Source: Promethearchaeota archaeon (GTDB lineage: Archaea; Asgardarchaeota; Lokiarchaeia; Sigyniarchaeales; SOKP01). Taken from it: 64,000 bases of DNA. Numbering within the stretch: position 1 is the stretch's first letter; each line of letters begins with the position of its first letter. Below the pieces are notes generated by a model, which was given only the letters and a program-made list of their open reading frames with translations, had not been told where the DNA came from and made no database searches. The DNA lies in assembly GCA_048937405.1 (NCBI GenBank), contig JBHLNF010000002.1, positions 192,001-256,000 of the forward strand, given 5' to 3'. Both the position numbers and the translations under genes were made by a program. This document shows positions 1-9,457 of the stretch, in pieces.

Positions 1-303
1 AATCCATTGCTGCAAATTTTCAAGACTCATTAACCTCGTAAGGTCAAACATAAGAAGTGCTCCTTTCGCACCTAACACATAACTTTCCAGTAAAAATCTA
101 AATCTTTCTTGGCCTCCAAAATCCCAGAGTTGCAAAGTACATTGTTTCGAATCAACCTCCGTCTCTTTTAGAAAAAATTCAACCCCTATTGTCATCTTTG
201 TTTCTGCTGAAAATTTCCCCTCTACATATCTGTGAAGTAAAGTAGTTTTACCAACACCGCCCTCCCCTGCTGTTAATATTTTTAGAATGAATTTTTGTGG
301 CAT
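1..303 (-). CDS. Rab-like small GTPase (runs off the window; not in ORF track)
   Basis: Manual translation from ATG at 303: MPQKFILKILTAGEGGVGKTTLLHRYVEGKF...TIGVEF...LQLWDFGGQERFR; G1, switch I and G3 motifs present. Confidence 0.92.
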   Translation of the reverse strand, partial: MPQKFILKILTAGEGGVGKTTLLHRYVEGKFSAETKMTIGVEFFLKETEVDSKQCTLQLWDFGGQERFRFLLESYVLGAKGALLMFDLTRLMSLENLQQWI

Positions 304-584
304 TATAGTATTCTCTTTCTAATTTATGGATGAATAACTTTATGTTTTAATTATCCAGAGCTCCTTTTTAATGATTATTAAATCTTATGTTATAATAATA
401 ATCTTAAAACGTATTAATATTCTTTTTTGAAAAGATATTTTTATGAAATAATAATTTTTTATTTTTGATTTTTATTGTATTTTTCAAATTTAAATAATTA
501 AAAAAGATTTTGGAAAAAAAGATAACTAATATTGATGCAATAAATTCTAAAGCCTTTTTTTAGAAAAATTCATAAATATACTTA

Positions 585-890
585 TTGGTGAATAAAATGA
601 AAATGAACAAAAAAATGCCAACTGAGGAAGAATTATCCGATTTAAAAGTAAAGTCTTGGGGAACTTGGAGTAAAGAAGTTAGTGAATTTGATTGGTCATA
701 TGGTGATACCGAAACTTGTTATATTTTGGAGGGGGAAGTAGAGGTTACTGATTCTGATACAGGAGAAAAAATTGAGTTTAAGAAAGGTGATCTTGTCCAA
801 TTTGAGAAGGGTTTAAAATGTGTTTGGAATGTGAAAAGACCAATCCGAAAATATTTTAGTTTTGATTTAAAGTTTGGAGAAATTGATTAA
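585..890 (+). CDS. Cupin domain protein (DUF861/cupin_3-like)
   Basis: WGTW...FDWSY..TETCYILEGEVEV...FKKGDLVQF.KGLKCVWNV; true start may be ATG 597 or 603. Confidence 0.85.
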   Translation: MVNKMKMNKKMPTEEELSDLKVKSWGTWSKEVSEFDWSYGDTETCYILEGEVEVTDSDTGEKIEFKKGDLVQFEKGLKCVWNVKRPIRKYFSFDLKFGEID

Positions 891-990
891 ATCATTTTTT
901 TTTTTAATATTTTTATTTTATTTTTAAAGCTTTTAACTATAGTTTTGAATAGATTATCAAACAAAAATAAATTCAATTAAATGATTAAAA

Positions 991-1455
991 ATAGAGACTA
1001 ATTCAATAATTGACTTAAATACATTAGGAGTCGCACAATTAGGGTATATGTATAAAGATGTTGAAAAACAAGCTCAATTAATGGAAATTACTCTTGGAAT
1101 TCCAAAGTTTGCTATATTAGTAGGAACAAATCCGATTATATATCATGGAGAAAAATTGGAATATACCATGAAAATTGCCATAAGTCGATGGTTAAATACC
1201 CAGATAGAATTAATTCAACCACTAAAGGGTTAGAATATTCATACAGAGTTTATTAAAAAGCGTAAAGATGGATTACATCATACTAATGCCATTGTAGAGG
1301 AACTTGAACCTTACATTGAAGCTTTTAGAAATAGAGGATTTCAAGTTCTGCAATCTGGTCAAATAAGAAAACAAAAATTCTTATATTTTGATACCAAAAA
1401 GGCATTTGGACTAATAATGGAAATCCAGATGATACAAAAAAGAAGAAAATTATGA
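991..1455 (+). pseudogene. VOC/glyoxalase (methylmalonyl-CoA epimerase-like) gene with an in-frame TAG
   Basis: One frame reads AQLGYMYKDVEK...QIELIQPLKG*NIHTEFIKKRKDGLHH...FLYFDTKKAFGLIMEI; TAG at 1231-1233, TGA at 1453-1455; only ATA (991) is available upstream of the QLG motif. Confidence 0.75.
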
Positions 1456-1477
1456 TAAATAAAATTAAATCAGATCT

Positions 1478-2020
1478 TTATGCAAATCTTTGTTTTTCTT
1501 TATGTTCTTTTACACTGATTTCCCTTTCACGGAGTCTATTAAGCTTAATCAAAGTTTCCTTAATAGATTTAACTTCTGCTCGAGTTGTAATTTTAAAGTC
1601 TTTTAAGTTATCAAGAATTTCTTTTTCTGTGAAGCCTTTATTATAAACATCTATATATTTTTCAATAGTTTTTTCATGATAGAATATGTATTGTTTATTT
1701 AGAAAAGTAATTAACCAACCTTTATTTCCTTGTTTTTGAGATAAATTAAATAATTCATCTCGAATTTTCTTCAATGGACGATTAAACTTTTTTGCTATTA
1801 GTTCATCTTCTACCTTATAAAATTTATTCAGAAATTTACGAAGCTTTTTATGAAAAAACAATTCTGGGATAAATGACAATATAAATAATATTAAAGTAAT
1901 TCCACTCATCCATAAAGCTATTAAGGGTTGATAAATAGCAACAATGATAATAACTAATATAAGGAATATAAACCATTTTCTTCCAATGTCTATAAGAACT
2001 TTTTTCCACTTTTTTGGCAA
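1478..2020 (-). CDS. Hypothetical membrane protein
   Basis: Two N-terminal hydrophobic helices, basic soluble C-terminus. Confidence 0.7.
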   Translation of the reverse strand: MPKKWKKVLIDIGRKWFIFLILVIIIVAIYQPLIALWMSGITLILFILSFIPELFFHKKLRKFLNKFYKVEDELIAKKFNRPLKKIRDELFNLSQKQGNKGWLITFLNKQYIFYHEKTIEKYIDVYNKGFTEKEILDNLKDFKITTRAEVKSIKETLIKLNRLREREISVKEHKEKQRFA

Positions 2021-2113
2021 GGTTTCACTGAAAGAACAATTTAGTATTAATTAAGGTTAGAATTTATAATATAAAAACTTAATTTAAGAAGAGATAAAAA
2101 AATATTATTGAAG

Positions 2114-2296
2114 TTTAACCACATTTACTCACGTGACCGGGTATTTTCCTTGTAGGCCATGACCGTAAGCTAACTTACAGTTTGTAGTTTCCCATAGATC
2201 GCAACTACAGTACTATCTACAACGCATACGAGTTTAACTTCCGGGTTCGGATGGTTCCAGCGCAGTAGCGAATTGCTACAAAGTAATGTGGTTAAA
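2114..2296. repeat. Inverted repeat enclosing the 5S-like RNA (candidate processing stem)
   Basis: TTTAACCACATT (2114-2125) is the exact reverse complement of AATGTGGTTAAA (2285-2296); extends about 3 bp after a 1-nt bulge. Confidence 0.8.
2132..2256 (-). rRNA. rrf: 5S rRNA-like gene, apparently circularly permuted
   Basis: Minus strand has CCAUCCGAACCCGGAAGUUAAACUCGUAUGCGUU...AGUACUG...UGGGAAA...CUGUAAG (canonical middle and 3' part), then UUAG, then CUUACGGUCAUGGCCUACAAGGAAAAUACCCGGUCAC (canonical 5' part). Confidence 0.8.
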
Positions 2297-2446
2297 AAAG
2301 CTATTTATAACCAATATATAAGGTCGGTTATTTTATAAGAAAATACCTACTTATATGGTTACAAGTAAATAGGAATAATAAACGCTAATAATTAAAATTT
2401 TTGCTTTTAAACGTTAACTTTAAAAGGAATAAACATAGGAGTTTAA

Positions 2447-2989
2447 ATGCTAATGATATTTCAAATAATACTCCAAGGAGTAGAATGGTATCAATTCGTA
2501 ATTAATGCAATTATAACGATTATTGGTAGAATACTTGATATGGTAAGTACTAGGTATGTTACTAAAGAATTAAAACTGGAGACTAATAAAATAGCAAGAC
2601 GCATTGGTTGGAAGGGAATGATCTTATTACAAATCCCTATCATAGTGTTAGGTTCATTGGATTTTTATATAAGTTTTTTTATATTGTGGTGGAGTGTTTT
2701 TTTATTTGCTAATAATATAGAAGGAAGTTGGTATATTAGAGAAGCGGGAGAAGAAAAATATCAGAAAGAAATTAAATTAAAATTAGAGAAATCAAAAAAT
2801 TGGAAAATCATATTTGGTGAATTATCTTCATTATTTAAATATACTCTGGTAGGAATTTTTATTATAGTTTTTTTATTTATATTCAAAGATTTTTTAGCTA
2901 TATTTCTTATTGCTTTAGCGCTAATTGTTCAGGGAGTAGTTGGAGCAATAAACTCTATTTTATATCTACTAGATCTAAAGAAAAATTAG
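2447..2989 (+). CDS. Hypothetical multi-pass membrane protein
   Basis: About 5 hydrophobic segments; D..ST...E.N motif. Confidence 0.7.
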   Translation: MLMIFQIILQGVEWYQFVINAIITIIGRILDMVSTRYVTKELKLETNKIARRIGWKGMILLQIPIIVLGSLDFYISFFILWWSVFLFANNIEGSWYIREAGEEKYQKEIKLKLEKSKNWKIIFGELSSLFKYTLVGIFIIVFLFIFKDFLAIFLIALALIVQGVVGAINSILYLLDLKKN

Positions 2990-3018
2990 CATAAGAAATC
3001 TTAAAAAAAACACCTTTC

Positions 3019-5148
3019 TTAACCTATTTTTTCAATTTCTTTAATAATTCGGGAATATTTTAGGAAATATTTTACGAACGTGAAAATTGTAATTCCTATT
3101 GTAGCTATAATCAAAAATGTAAATGTTATAAGTAATATACTAGTTAAAGTTTCAGATACATAAAATTTGAATCCAGGATTATTGAAGATATTAGAATTAT
3201 TAGCATAGTCTCGTGAAATAATGCAATAGGAATAATCACCTGAAGTTAGTCTATCTATTGTAATTTTAAATAGCTCTTTATTATATTCATAATTATTTAT
3301 AGAAACATAATAAAAGTAAGTCTTAAAATTATTTTTTGATATTAACAAATAAACACTTTCTATTCCAGAATTATTATCATAGGTTTCAATAATAAAAGTT
3401 ATTTGATTAGAAGTAGAAGGATTATGAGGTATTATTTCTAGTCCATTTAATTGGGGAATAGTTATATCAGAGAGAGTAGTAAAATTAAAATGAGTTGGGA
3501 CTAAATTATGTCCAGTAATGATAACATTATAATCTTCATTTGGTTGAGCAGGTAATCGAAAACTCACTGATCCATTTTCATCAGCATATGTTGTAAAATA
3601 TTTACCATCAGAGGATTCCAAATGAATTCTTCCATAGGGAATGATATTGTTATCAATATCTTTTAATATGATTGAAACTAATTGTCCTTCGTATATATTC
3701 CCAGTAAATGGATTTGATGCTACTTTAGGTTTGTTAGTATAGACATCGAGTTCAGGATCACCCAAAAGACAATAGGTTAAAATGTTTTTACGTTCGAAAT
3801 CTAAATCTGTTGAAGTTGCTCCTCTATTATAATAATCACTATTAATATAAGCAACTTTTGAATCATAAAGCGCCATTCCTTGCTGAAATTTTTTATTGAC
3901 AAAAAATTCTCTCCAAAATAATTTAGCATTACCACGATTTAATTTCTCCAGATTTTCATCATTTTCAAGATACCAAGTGACTCTTAATCCTCCAATTGCC
4001 CCAATAGCTCCACCATCTTCTTTTTTTATTAATGTTTCCCCTACACTATTATTATAATCATAACTAGCGGTTGAACAGGCGTCTAAATAGATTAGAGAAG
4101 GCATATTTTCATTTAAACAATTATTAGCATTTGAAGAAGAATATCCAGGACTAGAGGGGGTTCTATAATAAGCTGTTGGTATACCATGTCCTGCCATTAA
4201 TACAGTAGAATATCCATTATCAAAATAATTAGAAAGAGCCGTTTGTGTAAGATTACCAGCTTCTCCTACTAAGTGAGTATAATTTAGTACATCTGCAGCA
4301 TAATTTTCTATAATATAGCCAGTTAAGCGACTTTCATATTCTCCATCAGGATCTTCACTAGTGGGATAATCAGAAATTCCCCCTGCTAATAACATCCGAT
4401 TCATCCAATCACCCACTAATGGATTAGTTTCATATTGCAATGTTTTATTTACCATAATTTCAAGTTGATAAGAATTATCCGCTGGTAGTCTCCCTACATA
4501 CACTTCAGGAATCCATGATATTTCATCCAAACCATAAGAATTATCTCGCGGAGCTTCTCCCCATATTGAATCATCATCATTATCCCATGTACCTGTAAGA
4601 TCAGCATAATAATAATCTGTTGGTTTATATTCCTCATTACCAACAGTTTCAGATCTTCCGTCCCCCCATCTTGAAACATCAGGATTATATACTTTTCTTA
4701 TAGGAATTAGATTATCTTGAGCGTCACCTGCCAAAAGAACCCATCGAATATTTTCTTTTTCATAATAATCCTTGATCATATTTCGAATTTTTTCAGCATT
4801 ATCTCTTCCTTCATATAAAGAATAGTTACTTAAAATAATTGTTTTTACTCCTTTTTCATTTTTCCATTCCATTAAAGGCGTAACACCATTAATAAAACCG
4901 CTATTGTTTGGAGTAATAATCAACATTTCGATTTTTGGGTTATACCAGAGATCATTTAGTGAAGAATAATTAGTTTCTGGCAAAAAAGTCAAATCTAACT
5001 CCAAATCTCCATTAGATGTTTTAATTTTTGTAGAGATATTATTTGTAGAATTTAACAGGTTAGCATTTTGGCTTATATTGATCAGTGGCACAAGAGCAAA
5101 AACGACTACTGAAAAGTAGATAATTTTTTTAATAGATAATCTAACCAT
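3019..5148 (-). CDS. Peptidase C25 (gingipain-family) cysteine protease, membrane anchored
   Basis: WVLLAGD, TDYYYADL, VYVGRLP, catalytic-type AGHG and DACS motifs, YCLLGDP; signal peptide and C-terminal TM. Confidence 0.9.
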   Translation of the reverse strand: MVRLSIKKIIYFSVVVFALVPLINISQNANLLNSTNNISTKIKTSNGDLELDLTFLPETNYSSLNDLWYNPKIEMLIITPNNSGFINGVTPLMEWKNEKGVKTIILSNYSLYEGRDNAEKIRNMIKDYYEKENIRWVLLAGDAQDNLIPIRKVYNPDVSRWGDGRSETVGNEEYKPTDYYYADLTGTWDNDDDSIWGEAPRDNSYGLDEISWIPEVYVGRLPADNSYQLEIMVNKTLQYETNPLVGDWMNRMLLAGGISDYPTSEDPDGEYESRLTGYIIENYAADVLNYTHLVGEAGNLTQTALSNYFDNGYSTVLMAGHGIPTAYYRTPSSPGYSSSNANNCLNENMPSLIYLDACSTASYDYNNSVGETLIKKEDGGAIGAIGGLRVTWYLENDENLEKLNRGNAKLFWREFFVNKKFQQGMALYDSKVAYINSDYYNRGATSTDLDFERKNILTYCLLGDPELDVYTNKPKVASNPFTGNIYEGQLVSIILKDIDNNIIPYGRIHLESSDGKYFTTYADENGSVSFRLPAQPNEDYNVIITGHNLVPTHFNFTTLSDITIPQLNGLEIIPHNPSTSNQITFIIETYDNNSGIESVYLLISKNNFKTYFYYVSINNYEYNKELFKITIDRLTSGDYSYCIISRDYANNSNIFNNPGFKFYVSETLTSILLITFTFLIIATIGITIFTFVKYFLKYSRIIKEIEKIG

Positions 5149-5250
5149 TTATTATCAATAATTACAAATTTTTATTTTTATAGTTATTATAAAGAATAAG
5201 AATATAATAATAAGAATCTAATTATTATAACAGAAAATCATTTTGCTTTC

Positions 5251-5469
5251 ATGCCACTTCGATTTAACTTTTGTCCACACTGTGATGGAAAGATAACCTT
5301 TAGAATTGAGATGGAGGATATTGATTCAAAAAAATATCCCGCTCCAGTATACATAATCTGTCATTCATGTAAAAAACTCTCAACATTTTATGTGGATAGT
5401 CTTTTAAGAGTATCTTATAAAGAACTCGAAAAAAAACCAGGTGGCATAAAATCTATTAAAACAGAATAA
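5251..5469 (+). CDS. Small Zn-ribbon protein
   Basis: CPHC...CHSC; YPAPVYI and FYVDS.LRV. Confidence 0.7.
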   Translation: MPLRFNFCPHCDGKITFRIEMEDIDSKKYPAPVYIICHSCKKLSTFYVDSLLRVSYKELEKKPGGIKSIKTE

Positions 5470-5599
5470 AAGAAATAATTCTAACGCTAAGTTGTATTAA
5501 ATTATCAAATTTATTGATTAATTTAATAAAAAATCTTTTCTTAATTTTTCTTAGGAACAATATAATCGGCTTGCTATATTACCTTAAAAATTTACTATC

Positions 5600-7135
5600 A
5601 TGTCATTTGAATTAACTGAAATTGCTGGTATAGGAAAAGCTACTGCAGATAAGATGAAAGCTGCGGGGATAGATAGTATTGAAAAATTAGTTGAAGTAAA
5701 ACCAGAAGATTTGGTTAAATTAAAAATTAAAGGTGTCGGAAAAGCAACTGCAGAAAAATATATTAAAAATGCTATAGAATTTCTTAAAGAACTAAAACCG
5801 AACGAGATACCAAAATCTCAAACGAAAACAGTAAAGGATAAAAAATATGAACCAAAACCTAAAACTAAAGCTTCTAATATTAAGCAATTAATGAAACAAC
5901 AAGCAGAATGTAATATTGGTTTAGTAGGCCATGTAGATCATGGTAAAACTACTTTAGTGAAAGCTTTAACTGGAGATTGGACAGATCGTCATTCTGAAGA
6001 GCAAGAAAGAGGGATTTCAATAAAATTAGGTTATTCTAATGCAACAATTTTATACTGTCCTAGTTGTGATGAATATACAACATATTTCTTATCTGAAAAG
6101 TCAAGAAAAAAGGGGAAATCCCGATTTAATTGCCCACAATGTAAAGAAAATCTTGAATTCAAAAGAAATATTTCATTTGTTGATGCTCCTGGCCATGAGA
6201 TCTTAATGGCAACAATGTTGAGTGGGGCATCATTAATGGATGGAGCATGTTTATTAATTGCGGCAGATGAGAAATGTCCTCAACCACAAACAAGAGAACA
6301 TTTAGAAGCACTTCATATCGCGGGAATAGAAAACATTATTATTATTCAAAATAAAATTGATGCCGTTTCAAGAGAACAAGCATTTGAAAATTATCAACAA
6401 ATAAAAAAATTTATTAAAGGCACAATTGCAGAAAAAGCTCCAATTATACCAATTTCAGCGGTATTTGAAGCGAATATTGGTTTAGTTTTAAGAGCTTTTG
6501 AAGAAATAATCCCATCTCCTAAATTTACTGAAGGGAAATTTCAGTTTTTAATAGCAAGATCTTTTGATATTAATCGTCCAGGGAAAGATATTGAAGATTT
6601 AAAAGGTGGTGTAATAGGAGGATCAGTTCTTAAAGGAATGATTAAAATCGGTGATGAAATTGAAATTCGTCCTGGTATTCGGATTAAAGATGACTATATT
6701 CCTATCAAATCTACTATTGTAAGTATTAGCCAAGGAAACAATCTTTTAGATATCGCGAAACCTGGAGGGCTCATAGGCTTAGGCACTAACCTAGATCCTG
6801 CTTTAACTAAGGGTGATCATCTAATTGGGCATTTAGTAGGAAAGCCGAATACATTACCTGAAGTACTTCATGAAATCGAGTTAAAAGTTAGTCTATTAGA
6901 TCGAGTTTTAGGTTCTGAACAATTGCTTAGAGTTCACTCACTTAAACATAATGAGAAATTATTACTTGTTGTTGGTACAGAAAAGACTGGAGGAACAGTT
7001 ACAAAAATACTAAAAGATAGTGTAATTATAAAATTAAATCCTCCTATCTGTCCTCCAGAAGCTTTTATTTACGCGATTTCTAGAATAATAAATAGGCGCT
7101 ATAGATTAATAGGTTATGGAGAAGCAATAAATTAA
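5600..7135 (+). CDS. eif2g: Translation initiation factor aIF2 gamma with N-terminal helix-hairpin-helix extension
   Basis: NIGLVGHVDHGKTT, RGISIKLGY, Zn knuckle, DAPGHE, CPQPQTREHL, NKID, RSFDINRPG, YRLIGYG. Confidence 0.95.
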   Translation: MSFELTEIAGIGKATADKMKAAGIDSIEKLVEVKPEDLVKLKIKGVGKATAEKYIKNAIEFLKELKPNEIPKSQTKTVKDKKYEPKPKTKASNIKQLMKQQAECNIGLVGHVDHGKTTLVKALTGDWTDRHSEEQERGISIKLGYSNATILYCPSCDEYTTYFLSEKSRKKGKSRFNCPQCKENLEFKRNISFVDAPGHEILMATMLSGASLMDGACLLIAADEKCPQPQTREHLEALHIAGIENIIIIQNKIDAVSREQAFENYQQIKKFIKGTIAEKAPIIPISAVFEANIGLVLRAFEEIIPSPKFTEGKFQFLIARSFDINRPGKDIEDLKGGVIGGSVLKGMIKIGDEIEIRPGIRIKDDYIPIKSTIVSISQGNNLLDIAKPGGLIGLGTNLDPALTKGDHLIGHLVGKPNTLPEVLHEIELKVSLLDRVLGSEQLLRVHSLKHNEKLLLVVGTEKTGGTVTKILKDSVIIKLNPPICPPEAFIYAISRIINRRYRLIGYGEAIN

Positions 7136-7150
7136 ACAAAAATTATATTT

Positions 7151-7480
7151 TTAGGAAGAATAACTGAGAAAGATTTCCCTTATTTTCCCTTTTACAAGTT
7201 TTAATGAAGGATCTACTTGAACAAAAATATTATTCAATGATTTAATAATTTCTTCCCAAGCTTTTGGATCATTTGTCTTAGGAATAATTTGTTTAGTTTC
7301 ATATAAAATAAGGGTGTTAGACACTTTAGCAAGAAAATGGAGCACAATTTCTTGCTTTAAATTATTAGTTAAGTTAAGATCATTCTTAATATCTTTAATT
7401 TCGTAAAAGATCTCGTTCATTATTTTGCGATCAAGAAAATTAATGAAATCATCAATATTATCACAAAAAATAACAATCAA
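7151..7480 (-). CDS. Hypothetical protein
   Basis: 109-aa ORF tightly downstream of the 7487-9181 gene. Confidence 0.65.
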   Translation of the reverse strand: MIVIFCDNIDDFINFLDRKIMNEIFYEIKDIKNDLNLTNNLKQEIVLHFLAKVSNTLILYETKQIIPKTNDPKAWEEIIKSLNNIFVQVDPSLKLVKGKIREIFLSYSS

Positions 7481-7486
7481 TGTGAA

Positions 7487-9181
7487 TTATCGCGTTTTTT
7501 TATATTTTAAATAAAATATAATCCCAATTATTAAAATAATACCATTTAAACTGCTAAAGATTATTATCCAAATTGGAAAATGAGGATAACTAGTATAAAC
7601 ATAATTTATATACTTATAAGTACTACATCTAGATTCTTTCAATAATATTCCACTCTTATAGGCTTTAACTGTATAGTTTCCAGCTGGAACATTATGAAGT
7701 ATAATTTCTCCATTTTCATTTGTACTGCCAACAGCGATTGGTTGAGTTCGATTTTTCGAAATATATGTTCCATACTCTTTACCAAAATAAAAAACTCTCA
7801 CTTCTGCTCCTATTAATGGCATTTTAACACTATCTGTAACTATAACTCTTAAAGTTTGAGTTGGGTGATATTCAATTATAGAAGGACAAGTTTCTCCAAC
7901 AATTAGATAAGGAATTTTGACTAATAAACCTCGCCTTCCGGTTATAGTATAATTTAAAGGAAATTGTGCAAAAGACCTTTCGAATAGAGAATAATTATTA
8001 ATAATTTGATCTAAATAGATAGCAGGTTCATAAAATGAGATATTCTTCAAAAAGATATGTTGAGGACCACTTATTAGCGAAGGAAAATAAATACGTTGCC
8101 TTATATATTGTCCTTTAATAAGACGATCTATTGCCCATGTTTTTCCAACTGGATTGATAAATTTTAATGTAAATAAAACTGTAAAACTCAGGGAAAAAAT
8201 ACTATTTTCTCCAGTAAATCCATCTGTTAAGTGTACATTTATAGAATTATTTATTCCTAAATGTTCACTCATATCAACAGTAACATTATTTAAAACGAGA
8301 GTATGATTGATAAATGAATTTTTATCGAAAGGATCCACAGTTAGAGCAATATCAATATCATCAGCTAAGGTGGTTTCACCCGGATTTGCAGAAGATTCAT
8401 TAAATTTTTGTCCTGCTATAGTAAATTCATAGTTAAAATCTATGGTAAAATTTTGTTCTATTTCATGGATCATCAAATTTTTTGTGGATTTTTGGGATAA
8501 ACTCCAATCATTTATCTCTAATGTATATTCCCAGATAAAATACATTGTAAAATTTGTATTCTGCCATTCTTGGAAATATTTTTCATAATCAAATTTAACA
8601 AAATTATTAAAACTATCAATGGTATAATTATTTCCTGCTTCCAATTCAAAAATATTAGTGCCGTTATTAACAAATAATTGAAGTAATTCACATGGATCTA
8701 AACGTGGATGATAAATTAGATATCCTTGTGTCAAATTATTATATTCAAAAAAAATACTTTCATTCAATTTCACAGCTATTTGATAGTTATCTGAAGTGTT
8801 TTCATCAATATTGTCTACTATTGCAGATTTTGTTGTATCCATAAATTGCATACCAAGATGAGTTTTATTCAAATATTTTAAATTATAATCTTCATAAATT
8901 TCAGGATAAGTATCATTATTTTCGAAATATCCTTCTTTTAATTGACTGAAATCTATATTAGTTACCTTAATAGTACCAAGACCATATTTTTCTTCAGATA
9001 GAATTGCATCATAATCATTTTTCGAGAAATCATTCAATTGAGGATATGTATCAATAATTCCTTCATTGGAATTATACTTTACATCACTAATAACTATTGG
9101 AATTAATATAAAAGAAATAATAACTGAGATAAAAAAGAATTTGATATAATTATGAGTACCAATCTTTTTTCTATTGAACAT
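7487..9181 (-). CDS. Secreted/membrane-anchored protein with carboxypeptidase-regulatory-like domain
   Basis: Signal peptide, many N-x-S/T sequons, TNENGEIILHNVPAGNYTVKA, C-terminal TM. Confidence 0.75.
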   Translation of the reverse strand: MFNRKKIGTHNYIKFFFISVIISFILIPIVISDVKYNSNEGIIDTYPQLNDFSKNDYDAILSEEKYGLGTIKVTNIDFSQLKEGYFENNDTYPEIYEDYNLKYLNKTHLGMQFMDTTKSAIVDNIDENTSDNYQIAVKLNESIFFEYNNLTQGYLIYHPRLDPCELLQLFVNNGTNIFELEAGNNYTIDSFNNFVKFDYEKYFQEWQNTNFTMYFIWEYTLEINDWSLSQKSTKNLMIHEIEQNFTIDFNYEFTIAGQKFNESSANPGETTLADDIDIALTVDPFDKNSFINHTLVLNNVTVDMSEHLGINNSINVHLTDGFTGENSIFSLSFTVLFTLKFINPVGKTWAIDRLIKGQYIRQRIYFPSLISGPQHIFLKNISFYEPAIYLDQIINNYSLFERSFAQFPLNYTITGRRGLLVKIPYLIVGETCPSIIEYHPTQTLRVIVTDSVKMPLIGAEVRVFYFGKEYGTYISKNRTQPIAVGSTNENGEIILHNVPAGNYTVKAYKSGILLKESRCSTYKYINYVYTSYPHFPIWIIIFSSLNGIILIIGIIFYLKYKKTR

Positions 9182-9457
9182 TATGAATATGAAATATTAA
9201 TATATTTAGAACAGAAAATTAAATTAAATTAAATAATTTTACTATAGGATTTAAGATTTAACTTTTCTACCTCAAAAACCTAATTAAAATAGGAATATTT
9301 ATAATTATAGAATTTATTTGGAATTTATTAAATTTTAAAATAAAACAAGAATACAAAAATAGTATATTTTGAACCTTTATTTTTCATAAGACTTTTGGTT
9401 CCCTTTAATTATCATATAATCAATCCACATAATATTATCTAAAATTTTTAGAATATA

